Source: Mustelus asterias (Eukaryota). Taken from it: a stretch of 55,980 bases of DNA. Shown one piece after another: positions 10,329 through 20,810 of this stretch. Both the position numbers and the translations under genes were made by a program. Where the stretch lies: assembly GCF_964213995.1 (NCBI RefSeq), contig NW_027592381.1, positions 1 to 55,980 of the forward strand, in the 5' to 3' direction. Under the pieces are notes generated by a model. It was given only the letters and a program-made list of their open reading frames with translations, was not told where the DNA came from and ran no database searches. How positions within the stretch are numbered: position 1 is the stretch's first letter; every line of letters begins with the position of its first letter.

Positions 10329-10619
10329 GTGTCCCATGTGTGTAGTACCAATGCTGAGCTTTACAGTAATAGGTGGCAGGGTCTTCAATTCTCATGTCCC
10401 GAATTTCCAGCGAAAATGTCTTTTCTGCTTCATTCACCGACACAACAAACCTCCCTCCGCTGGAGATCCGCTCCCGCTCTGTCCCAGTTTGGGTTTGTCT
10501 GAAGAAATGGCCATTTTCTAAATCGTAAACACCATTGAAAACACAGGTGATGGTGAGAGACTGACACTCCTTCCTGGTCACCGCTGCCGGGCTTTGAGTC
10601 ACTGACTGACTGAAACATC
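10329..10619 (-). CDS. NAR-TCR V segment 2 (open frame; canonical splice acceptor mutated)
   Basis: VTQSPAAVTRKECQSLTITCVFNG..GHFFRQ..ERISSGGRFVVSVN..TFSLEIRD..TYYCKAQHWYYTHGT; the acceptor position reads TT instead of AG; alternative CAG sites lie just downstream. Confidence 0.85.
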
Positions 10620-10767
10620 AAGGAAATTAAACACAGAGAGTTTAATGGAGCATCAGAGCCGAACCGCACAACGGGGCTAAAACCCCAGACAGTGTTTGTA
10701 ATTGAAATGGACTGGGGCAGCTTTATGTTCAATCCACACAATGTGAGTTAGTTTGATCGGTACTCAC

Positions 10768-10810
10768 GGGGTAAATAGGCACACACGGTGAAAACAAGGA
10801 GGATTCCCAT
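10768..10810 (-). CDS. Leader exon of NAR-TCR V2 (MGILLVFTVCAYLP)
   Basis: ATG, hydrophobic leader, phase-1 donor C|GTGAGT, upstream ATATAAA. Confidence 0.85.
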
Positions 10811-12368
10811 CGCTCTGCTGCCTGGAACTGAGGTTTATATGACGGGGAGCTGAGACTGCAGAGCTGGACTGCTCTTGGAGACTGGACCTCAGAGCTGAAT
10901 TGAAATACTTCAGACCCGAACACTGGTAAGATAGGCCACGCCCATCCTTCAAATTAAATTCAAGGATTTAAATGGTGAATGCAGCTGTGAACTTTCAGTC
11001 AAAACTACCCGGCAGCCAGAACACAGAGACTCATCCCGCTACCCACAGCAGTGTCTGCCATGCTCTACTTGCTCTCGAGTAGATTATTTATTGTTATTAA
11101 TTCAGGGGATGTGGGCTTGGCTGGCGATGGCAGCAGCCATTGCCAATCTCTAATTGCCCTTGATAAGATGCTGGTGAACTGCGTTCTTGAACGGTTGCAG
11201 TCCCTGCGGTGTAAGTACACCCTCCGCACGATTCGGGAGGGAATTCCAGAATATTAACCGAGACCGACGGACAGTAAAGGAACGGAGGATATTTCTAAGT
11301 CTGGATAGTGGTGGTGTTCGCATGGCCTTCTAAATTGTAGCTGTTTTGTGTCTGAAATGAAGCGCCTAAGGAGGCTTGGTGAGTTCCTGCAGTTCATCGT
11401 GTACATGGTACAGAAGGTTGCCACTGTGCATCGTTGGTGGAGCGAGTGAATGCTGGTGAAAGCGGCACCAATCAAACGGGGCTGCTTTGTCCTGAATGCA
11501 ACGCCCTGTAAATTGGAATCTCAGTGTGCAACTTTAGAACCACCTCCTTTGTCTGAGTAAGAAGGACAGCTTCACTGGAGGCGCATCCGACTAATTGTAC
11601 TTCCTGTGTTATTCAGAGCAGCTGACTCAGTTTACACTCCTTATTCGCCGGAGTCAAACAGCGGCTGATAGGATCAAATGAGATCAAACCCACAATAGAG
11701 ATATTAACTGCGAAACAGCGGGATACTTAGGAGGATTCGAACAGTTGGATTCTAGTTCGACTTCCGGAACCCTTCAAAGTCTGTGGGAAATTTAATTTTA
11801 AGGGAACAAAAATGTGAAAGAATTTATGGGTTCCCCTTTTGATTCTTGTTCTGAAGCTCGATGAGTCCTTTAGCTTGCAATAGAACGAAGTTTTGTCACA
11901 TAACTATTGAACGAGGGGTGGGTGTGTAAACAAGGAGTGAACATTGGGGCATTTAAGGGGATAATAGAGGATGGATGGATGAACGGACCGACAGTAGGAT
12001 GAATGGAGGGACGGACGGATGCGAGTTTTGAATGACCATTCACTTTGATTGAGTGAAATTTACAATAGTTTGCTGCAGTGAAAAATTAGGTAATTGGAGG
12101 GAAAGAACATTGGATGTATGTATGGAAGACGCTGAAGGTGTTGGTTCAAATTGCACTTTAAAAACTATATAGAATTCGTGCCTCTATTTATAATGTGCAA
12201 ATATAAAAACAAAAGGTTTTTTCACAGGTAAACAGGCTTCACTTGAAGTATGTCAATCACGAGAGAAAGAGAGTTAATGTTTCGAGCCCAAATGATCCTT
12301 CTACAGAATCTGAACAAAAGTCATATGGACTCCAGATGTTAACTCTGCTTCTGTCTTCACAGATGCTG

Positions 12369-12636
12369 TATGAAGTCTCACGTTGTTTGTATCTTAAAGA
12401 CTTGATTAGCTGTAAGTATTCGCATTCCAACCATTATTCATGTAAATTGAGTCTGTGTCTTTATATGCCCTGTTTGTGAACAGAATTCCCACTCATCTGA
12501 AGAAGGGGCTTGGAGCTCCGAAAGCTTGTGTGGCTTTTGCTACCAAATAAACCTGTTGGACTTTAACCTGGTGTTGTTAAACGTCTTACTGCGTTTACCC
12601 CAGTCCAATGCCGGCATCTCCACATCATGCCTACCA
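12369..12636 (+). mobile_element. Penelope-like 3' fragment nested in an older repeat
   Basis: Matches 6720-6900; hammerhead core CTGAAGA..GAAA at 12497-12523; direct repeat TTCACAGATGCTG at 12356-12368 and 12637-12649. Confidence 0.75.
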
Positions 12637-12961
12637 TTCACAGATGCTGCCAGACCGGCTGAGTTTATGCAGAAGATTCTGTTTCCAAATGCTGATTGAA
12701 AGGTTAGTTAAAGTAAATTTTATCTCAACTGTTAAGAAATTGCATGAATATTTGAAGGCAATAGATTTTCAGCGCTATGCGGAAAGAACAGACTGCGGGA
12801 TAAAATAGTAACTCCATCGTCTGTCAATGCGGGCAATATGTACTGAATATTCTCGTTATTTTTTGTAACATTCAATGATTCAATGTCGAGGAGAATGAAT
12901 GAATTTTGACTGAGGTTCCCCATATCTAAACATGTATTTATTTTCTGGTTACCATTTGAAG

Positions 12962-13305
12962 GACTGTGTTATTCTGATACTGTTAAGCAAACTGCACCGT
13001 CACTATTATGTTTGGAGCAAGAACCTATTCATTGCCCTATTCATTCTCCATAGCCAGTCGCCGCTATGATCTGCTCTAGTACCGACAAAAACCGAGGGAA
13101 GAGCCGGTATTTTTAATCAAAAGGAATTCGGAGGGAGAAACAGAGAAAGTTGAGCGTGTGGGAGGCCGATTTTCTTCAACGCTCTGAGTATTGGATCGTT
13201 TCTTCAGTTTAACCTTGACAGACATACAGCTGAGTGACATTGGGGTGTATTATTGTGCGCTGATCATTCGCAGTGATACAAACTAACAAACTAACTACGG
13301 AAACT
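12962..13305 (+). pseudogene. TCR alpha/delta V pseudogene with degenerate RSS
   Basis: DTVKQT.., frameshift, LL*YRQKPREEPVFLI..GRFSSTL*..FSLTLTDIQLSDIGVYYCALI; CGCAGTG-21-ACGGAAACT. Confidence 0.8.
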
Positions 13306-14126
13306 ATCACTGGAATGCCATATCAGCCGAGTGATGGAAGCTCAGTTTGTGAAATCTGAACCTTCACCTCTGGCAGCTGCAGAATCAGACCGAGACCGTT
13401 TATTGCTGTGTGAATGTAGTCGAAAATAGAGTTAATCGATGTGAAAAGACATTCTGAATGATTGAGCTCCTGACAAAATAGGGCGAGGGAAAGGCAAGGA
13501 AAAATAAACAGGAAGATAGAACGGCAGCGAAAAAAGGGAGTAAAAGGCCGTGAGACACAAAGAGGTAGCGCGCGGGATGCCAGAGAGTTAAAGAAAGACT
13601 CTCTGAGAGTTAGGATCAGAAAAATAGAAAATAAGAAAGTAAGAAGAATATATAGAAGTGGGAGAGGGAGAAATAGGGAGATAATAAGAGAGAGCGAGAC
13701 AGGGCCTTAGACAAAGACAGAGAGGCAAAAATGCAGTCTAATATCATCTTATTCGATTTCTGATGTGTGATTATATTTTATCAGTGGCTCCACTAAATAT
13801 AATCACACATCAGTGGAATAAGATCAGTGGCCCCAGGAAATAAATCACAGACCTCAGTAAAGACAGTTAACTTACTGGTTTGAGTGGACTCACTGAATGA
13901 CTGACCACGAGGAAATATTTAATCCTGTCTGTGAAAGAACATCAGCTCACCCAGGACCCGCATTTGAATCTGATTTAAATATCTGGCGGGTATCTTGTGG
14001 ATTGCGTCATTGCCGGCAAATGATTGCAGGAGGAAGAGATTTTGACCAAATCAATCCTGTGTGGGTTTTTAAACTGCTCCGGGTTTGACATTGTAAAGGG
14101 AGAGAGGATCGGGCTCGGCAGCGGCC

Positions 14127-14172
14127 GTGCAGATATTCAGAGTCTGGATTGTGTTTGGGATAATTTTTGACG
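14127..14172 (+). pseudogene. Leader exon of a TCR V with GTG in place of ATG
   Basis: gccGTG CAG ATA TTC..(VQIFRVWIVFGIIFD-G)|GTGAGG. Confidence 0.65.
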
Positions 14173-14261
14173 GTGAGGACGATTTCAACAGTGTTCCATT
14201 CAAATTAAAGTTTTACTTTTTTGTTAATGCCCATCTTGTCTTGTTCCTGAACACATTACAA

Positions 14262-14571
14262 ATCAGAGTGATGGAGATTCAATTCCTCAGTCCATCGCAT
14301 CAGTGAGCGTGAAAGAAGCTGAAGCCGTGACTATAAAATGTATCTATAGCACTACAGAAGAAAGGTATTATGTATATTGGTACTTGCAGCAAGCAACGAA
14401 AGAGCCCCAGTTTGTTGTGTGGAGATGGTCTTGTGATGTTGTGGAATGGAAAGGCTCGGCGTTAGGAAATCGTTTTGCATCAGACCTCCAGCTGTCAGAC
14501 TCCACCACAAGATTAACCATCATGGACCTGCAACCGACTAACGCCGCCGTTTATTACTGCGCCCTGGGACT
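14262..14571 (+). CDS. TCR alpha/delta V segment (open frame; start codon and acceptor look mutated)
   Basis: DSIPQS..VTIKCIYSTT..YVYWYLQQ..PQFVV..RFAS..LTIMDLQPTNAAVYYCALG; good RSS CACAGTA-23-ACAAAAACT at 14572-14610. Confidence 0.85.
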
Positions 14572-14737
14572 CACAGTAATAGAAAACAGTACCTACGCTG
14601 TACAAAAACTGTCTTCCGATTGAAACTGCGATTCCTGCCTGGTGAGATTGTCTAAAATCTCGGAAAGGTGCAGTCACAACGAGGCTGTCAGCCACTCAAA
14701 CACATAGAGGGGAATTCAATTACCCTCTGTTAATTGA

Positions 14738-15660
14738 TACATAGAAACATAGAAACTAGAAGCAGGAGTAGGCAATTCGGCCCTTCAAGCCTGCTCCGCC
14801 ATTCATATTGATCACAGCTGATCATCAAATCCAATATCCTGGTTACCCCCTTCCTCCCACATCCCTTGATCCCTTTAGCGCCAAGAGTTATATCTAATTT
14901 CATCTTGAAATCAGACAACGTTTTGACCTCAAATACATTCGCTGATAGGGAATTCCACCCATTCACCTCCCCCCGAATGAAGACATTTCTCCTCACTTCA
15001 GTTCTAAATAGTTTACCCCTTATCCTCAAATATGACTCCTAATTCTGGAATTCCACACCATTGGGAACATTCTTTCTGAATCTATCCTGTCTCATCCTGT
15101 TAGAAGTTTCAAAGTTTCTATGAGATCCCCTCTCACTCTTCTAAACTCCAATGAATATATTCGTAACCGACTTAATCTCTCCTCTTAGAACAGACCTGCC
15201 TTCACAGGAATCAGCCTGGTAAACCTTCGCTGTACTCCCTCGATAACAAGGACATCCTTGCTCAGATAAGGACACCAAAACAGTACTCCAGGTGTGGCCT
15301 CACCAACGCCCGATAGAATTGCAGCAAAACATCCCTATCCCTATACTCAAATCCTGTCGCTATGAAGCCAACATACCATTTGCCTTCTTTACTGCCTGCT
15401 GTACCTGCGTGCTTAATTTCAGCTATTAATGCTCAATGTCCAAGGTCTCGTTGAGTATCCAGCTCTTTCAATTTATACCCATTCAAGTAAAAATCTGTCT
15501 TCCTATTTTTGCTATCAAAGTGGATAACCTCAAATTGATCCACATTATATTGCATCTGCCATGCACATGCCCGCCCACTCAGCCTGCCCAAATCACACTG
15601 AAGCATCTCTGCATCCTCTTCACAGCTCACCCTCCCACCCAACATTTTATCACCTGCAAA
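14738..15660 (-). mobile_element. CR1-type LINE 3' fragment
   Basis: RT C-terminal remnants (WQMQYNV..VIHF, FRTEVRRN) and a (tttctatg)n tail. Confidence 0.85.
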
Positions 15661-15849
15661 CAGCAGATCAGGTAGATAATCCCAAAAACTCTTTGTCGCT
15701 TACATCGCGCCTGTCGATGCCGGTCACATTCAGAAGCTAACTGTTTTCCATTGCACTACATTGCTTTATGATATACTGTAACATTTCCATGATTGCTGTT
15801 ATCCATCTTTTACTCAGTTCTCACCGCTTTACAACGCCCCCTCTCTAAC

Positions 15850-16030
15850 TCCCACACAGGGAGCACAATAACAGCTGAAAATCTCGAGTTTAATGCTGCC
15901 ATCTTCACGATTTCTTAACAAGCATTTGTCAGAACAAAATGCTCTTGTTTGCAAACAGCCAGATAAATTTCTGTTGAAATCATATATTTCATCAGAATTT
16001 TTTCCTGATTGGTATAATTGACATCCTGTG
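15850..16030 (-). pseudogene. Possible highly degraded V remnant
   Basis: YQSGKNSDE..DF.RN.SG and KLEIFSCYCA resemble CDR2/FR3 and YYCA; no RSS found. Confidence 0.3.
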
Positions 16031-16821
16031 GCTTTCATTGTCCTTTGCTCAAAGAATAGCAACGAGGTCATTGAAAACGCTCTTGTGTAAAAGGTGGATG
16101 ACGAGAAGGTGGAGGATAAAGCTTGAGCAGGTTAATGAGACAAATGACCTTAAAGCTGTTTGGAATCCAGTCAAATGTTGCACGCTAGGAATTAGGTACA
16201 GAAACCCCAATTTGGTTATTTGAAAAGTTAGCGCCCCAGGGCCGGGCCTAAGGCCCAGTCAGGCAATTGGCCTTGTCTGGGCGAATGTTGAGTGGGAAAC
16301 CGAAAATGATGTGTGCAGGCCCGCAAGTTGCAATATTTATTATTGCTGCCAACCATGACGGACAGAGAAGGACGGCCGAGTCCCTCCAGTCTGCCCACAA
16401 TAAAAATGACATAAATCTGAAGTGCAGTCACTATTGCAATGGAGGAAAGAGTCGCTATGAACAGAGCAAGATCCCTCGTCACGTGGTCATCTGTTGCAGA
16501 TTGTCGACTGGCGTTTGAATGTCTTGGAAAATTGCCCTGCTTTAGAGGCTAGTGCGGTGAAATGTTTAGGATCCTCCAGAATGGCCAGACGGAGCCTCTA
16601 TTTAGTAGTTTATCTGAGCAATTCACTGCGGAGACGCTCGGACTCCATTACCACTGGCAGTGGAAGTGGCAGCTAGAATGTGCGCTCAGGTCTCTGAAGG
16701 GACACCTGAATCCACAGTTTCCTGAATAAGAGGCGATTGAATTGAGAAATGTAACAGTTAACACGGAACTGCAGATAGAACTTGAACTGGCGACACCACC
16801 TGTGCCAGTTCTGTTTGATGA

Positions 16822-17296
16822 GGTTTTTGTACAGCGATAGATGACCTCTGTGTCTCTCAACACGCAGAAATAGACAGCGATATCTTGGATTTCTGCTCGA
16901 GTAATAGTTAAAGAAAAAATATTTTCTGCATTCGTCTGACTGGCCTCGAATTTTCCCGTGGCAAAACCTGCGTCTCTTCTGTTGCTTCAATCTCGGTACA
17001 AAATAAAATGCGGAGCCTGGTCCGTGTGCTCTCTGTAAAGAAAGGGATTTCTGTGACTTGTCGTGTAGCTGCAGTCCATTTTCATTCTGTCTCCTTCAGT
17101 AATAGACAATTCAATCTGAGGTTGCGCCACAGAATCTGCTTGAATCAACCCTGAATAAAATATAAGGAAAGTTTAATGCAACACTGATTGCTGAGTCCAT
17201 TAACATCACAATACTGCCAGCAGATAAGAAGTTATTGTTTTACATACCGAACCCCAGCCACAATATAACCAGATGACAAAACCAGAAGAGCCCCAT
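16822..17296 (-). pseudogene. TCR alpha/delta V pseudogene (leader 17248-17296, V 16853-17150, RSS 16822-16852)
   Basis: Leader MGLFWFCHLVILWLGF-G|GT; DSVAQPQ..MDCSYTTS..FLYRE (Trp missing)..YRD*..IQDIAVYFCVLR; RSS CACAGAG-15-ACAAAAACC. Confidence 0.88.
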
Positions 17297-18603
17297 TATT
17301 TCTTGGCCAGTGATCTCCTTGAATCGTATGTTTGGAGATATAGATATATTTACTATTGCAATCCTTTAAATTAAGCGACTGTTGTACAGAAAGCTAAAAC
17401 AGAAGGAGAGGAAGAGTCCCGGGAAATTGTTTACCAATATAAAGTCGCAATGTGATAACTGGGTAGCAGCATGTTAACAAGAGTGCTGATTGGTCAGATA
17501 CCATCTCTCTAGTTCCTGTTCCACCATCTGATCGCGTCACTGCTCTGGGCGGCACTTGTGTTTGGAATTCAGCCCCGCCCCTTCCCTCCTCACGCTACTT
17601 GTTCAGAAAAGAACACATTTGGCCATGTAATCTGTCATTGAACTTTATTATAGATGCAAAGAAATGAAAATGGTGAATGAGAGAAACTGGCAGAGCGGCA
17701 ACAGTCCTGAAATAGAGGAAAAATGCAGAGCAAACAAGACACAAATGAAAAAGGAAAGGATGAGTTATGCAAACGGAGGAATAAATTATGTGCTGATATT
17801 CATAAGGTGCCATATATTTTTGTGTTGTTCTATCTCTTCGCGAGTTATCGGCGATTATAGCAAGGCCACTATTTATTGTCCATCGCGAACTTCACAAAAA
17901 TACGTTGTGCTCTCATCCTGAGTACCACGCCAGTGTGACTGTTGAAGGTGCTTCCACGATGTTATTCTGGAGGCACTTCTAAGATTTTGAACGAGAGACA
18001 AAAACAGGAACGGTTGTTTATGCCGGAGTTAGGATTGGATATGATTTATTGAATCACTGGATAAAACGACACAGAAGGAAAGCATTCGGCTAAGTTGTTT
18101 GCACTTCTAATCTGCAAGAGCTATTCCTTCAGATCAGATACATATTATTTGTCCTCTACTTTGGTCTTTTTCCAACGTGCTGTTGCTTCTATTTATCACT
18201 GCATATGCCTCCACCAGTCTTTCAGGCAGTGTTTTGAAGATCATAAGGCGTGCTTTGAACATAATCATAAATTTCTCCAGCATTTCTATTTACCGATGAT
18301 CTTTAATCAGTATCTTCTCATTGTCATCCCTGCTGCCCATGTAAATAATTCCTCGTCATATATTAGTTAAAACCCTTTCATTAATTTTGACACTTCATTT
18401 TAAATTCACGTGAACCTTCTCTTTTCCAAAGGAACAATTCAGTTTCTCTATTCACTAAGCGGAAGTGATGCCTACAATCCTCGACAACAATTTGTCAGAA
18501 CAAAACTGTTAGTTTTTTAAATCATCATATAAACGAGGGATTTTATTTTTCGTGGTTGGAAGATGCCTTTGTTGAACTCCCCGGTTTCGTTGTGTTTTAA
18601 CGA

Positions 18604-18934
18604 GGTTTTTGCATGGGTCGCAGCCGGTTTGAAGCACCATGATACTCAATCCACAGAAATAGAAGACGCTGTCTTTAGTCTCCATTTGCAAAACTTGACA
18701 AAGAGAAAACCTGATATTGAATGAAATATCGAGCATCGAATTTTCCTTTGGAAAACACGGTGTTCTTGCGCCTGGTGTTATCCTGATACAATATAAACTG
18801 GAGCGGCTGGTTCGGGTACAGCCCGTGCTAGTAGCAATCCGGATCAACGGAACTGGAGTTCAATTGCACATCAGCTCCCTCAGGTACCTTTAACTTAGGT
18901 TGACATTGTGTAACCGAATTCCATTGTATTTTAC
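18604..18934 (-). pseudogene. TCR alpha/delta V pseudogene
   Basis: Acceptor ttgcag|GT; NSVTQ.., PNQPLQFILYQD.., KDSVFYFCGLS with frameshifts and stops; CATGGTG-22-GCAAAAACC. Confidence 0.75.
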
Positions 18935-19590
18935 CTGCAAAATAACATTTAAAACATTAGAAAACCGCTTTGTTGATTACGAGCGTATCTCTCCCTCTTC
19001 GAAAATGAGGACAATCAATCGCAATCTAACTATTACAGGAGGCATTTGGATTATGTACCCGAGAGAAAGGAGTACATCTCAATATTTGGATAGTATAGGG
19101 GACAGACTGACAATTCACATCAATGAAGGCTTCACATATTCCTTTATACCCATTAAAAAGGAGATGAGGGAAAGTTGAATAGATGTCATTTCTACAGTGC
19201 TGCCAATATATTCCAGAATCTAACGTGCAATTCTTTTTGACCACGTGCCCACAGTGAGTTTAGTTTCCTTGAGACACGATCATTCCGTTGATGCTCCGAA
19301 ACGCTTTTCAGAACAAACAGCAGAAATGCCTCCGTGAAAGATAGAAACAAAAAACACACATGAGCGCTGGTCCGTTTCGATCGAAAGTATCACGCATGTG
19401 CGTGCTGAGGGGATGGTCTAGTGTAGTGTTAGTTGACACAGAAAGCAGAGTAATATAAACAGACAAATAATCCAGTGTTTTATAAATAAATGCAAGGTAC
19501 CTTGCTGCATTAATGAATGCAAACCTTGTGTAATATAAACATAATCAGTGTCCAATACATTTTAACAGGAACGTATTCTAGTAAAGCACT

Positions 19591-19594
<4 letters not shown>

Positions 19595-19658
<64 letters not shown>

Positions 19659-19690
19659 GTATGTGTGTGCGTGGGTGTGTGTGTATGCTG
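19595..19690. repeat. Compound microsatellite (TA)n(GA)n(TG)n
   Basis: Seen directly in the sequence. Confidence 0.95.
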
Positions 19691-20464
19691 TAATTGTATT
19701 TTTAAAATAATGGATCAGGTATGGGCGTCACTGGTCAGACCTGGATTTATTGTCCATCCCTAGTTGCTCTTGAGAAGGTGGTGTTCCGCTGCCTTCTTGA
19801 ACCTCTGCTGTCCCCGAGGTGTAGGTACACGCACAGTGCTGTTAGGAATCTGAGGAAGCGTCTGGTATAATTGAAACAAAGACATGGTTTAGTTCTGATT
19901 TAATTGACACAGAGACGATGTTTACGGACTGACAATCATTTAGGAATGGAAAAACATATCTTCTTCATTGCAGTAACTACTGATACAGGGTATAGTGTAT
20001 TCAGGACGCGGACATGTCTACTACAGTAATAACTGCGACAGAGACGGGACTTATATCGACAAGATACACCTTTTTCTAATGTAAGTAGTGCATTGTCTTG
20101 TGCTGTAATAAGTGAGCGAGGTCCAAGCGCAATATTAGCAGCTGCCAGGCTAGAAACAGGGCACAGCAATACAGCACGGTAACGACATAAGTTACAGATA
20201 AGGAGACATGGTGCAGAAATAATAGACAACTCGGCAAATGACATGTGCAATATCCAATACAACAGAAATGTAGACAAGCTCTGTACTGTCGTAGAAACAG
20301 AGGCAGGGCCTAGTCTTTTAAAAACAGATACATATTCTGGTGCACGCATAGCTGAGGCAGGGTTTTACTGAAATATAAACTGAGGTAATTTGCGTGCATT
20401 AATAACTGAGGGAGGATGATTGTAATATACACATTTGAACGGCATAACATTAATAGATAGAACA

Positions 20465-20810
20465 CGGCACCCTAGCACAGTGGTTAGCACAGCTGCTTCA
20501 CAGCTCCAGGGACCTGGGTTCGATTCCCGGCTTGGGTCACTGTCTGTCTGGAGTTTGCACATTCTCCTCGTGTCTGCGTGGGTTTCCTCCGGGTGCTCCG
20601 GTTTCCTCCCACAGTCCAAAGATGTGCGGGTTAGATTGATTGGCCATGCTAAAATTGCCCCTTAGTGTCCTAGGATGCGTAGATTAGAGGGATTAGCGGG
20701 TAAAATATATAGGGATATGGGGGTAGGGCCTGGGTGGGATTGTGGTCGTTGCAGACTTGATGGGCCGAACGGCCTCTTTCTGTACTGTAGGGTTTCTATG
20801 GTTTCTATGC
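20465..20810 (+). mobile_element. V-SINE (HE1-like)
   Basis: tRNA-like head (cagtggttagc..ggttcgattcc), V-domain core, CR1-like 3' tail ending (tttctatgg)n. Confidence 0.85.
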
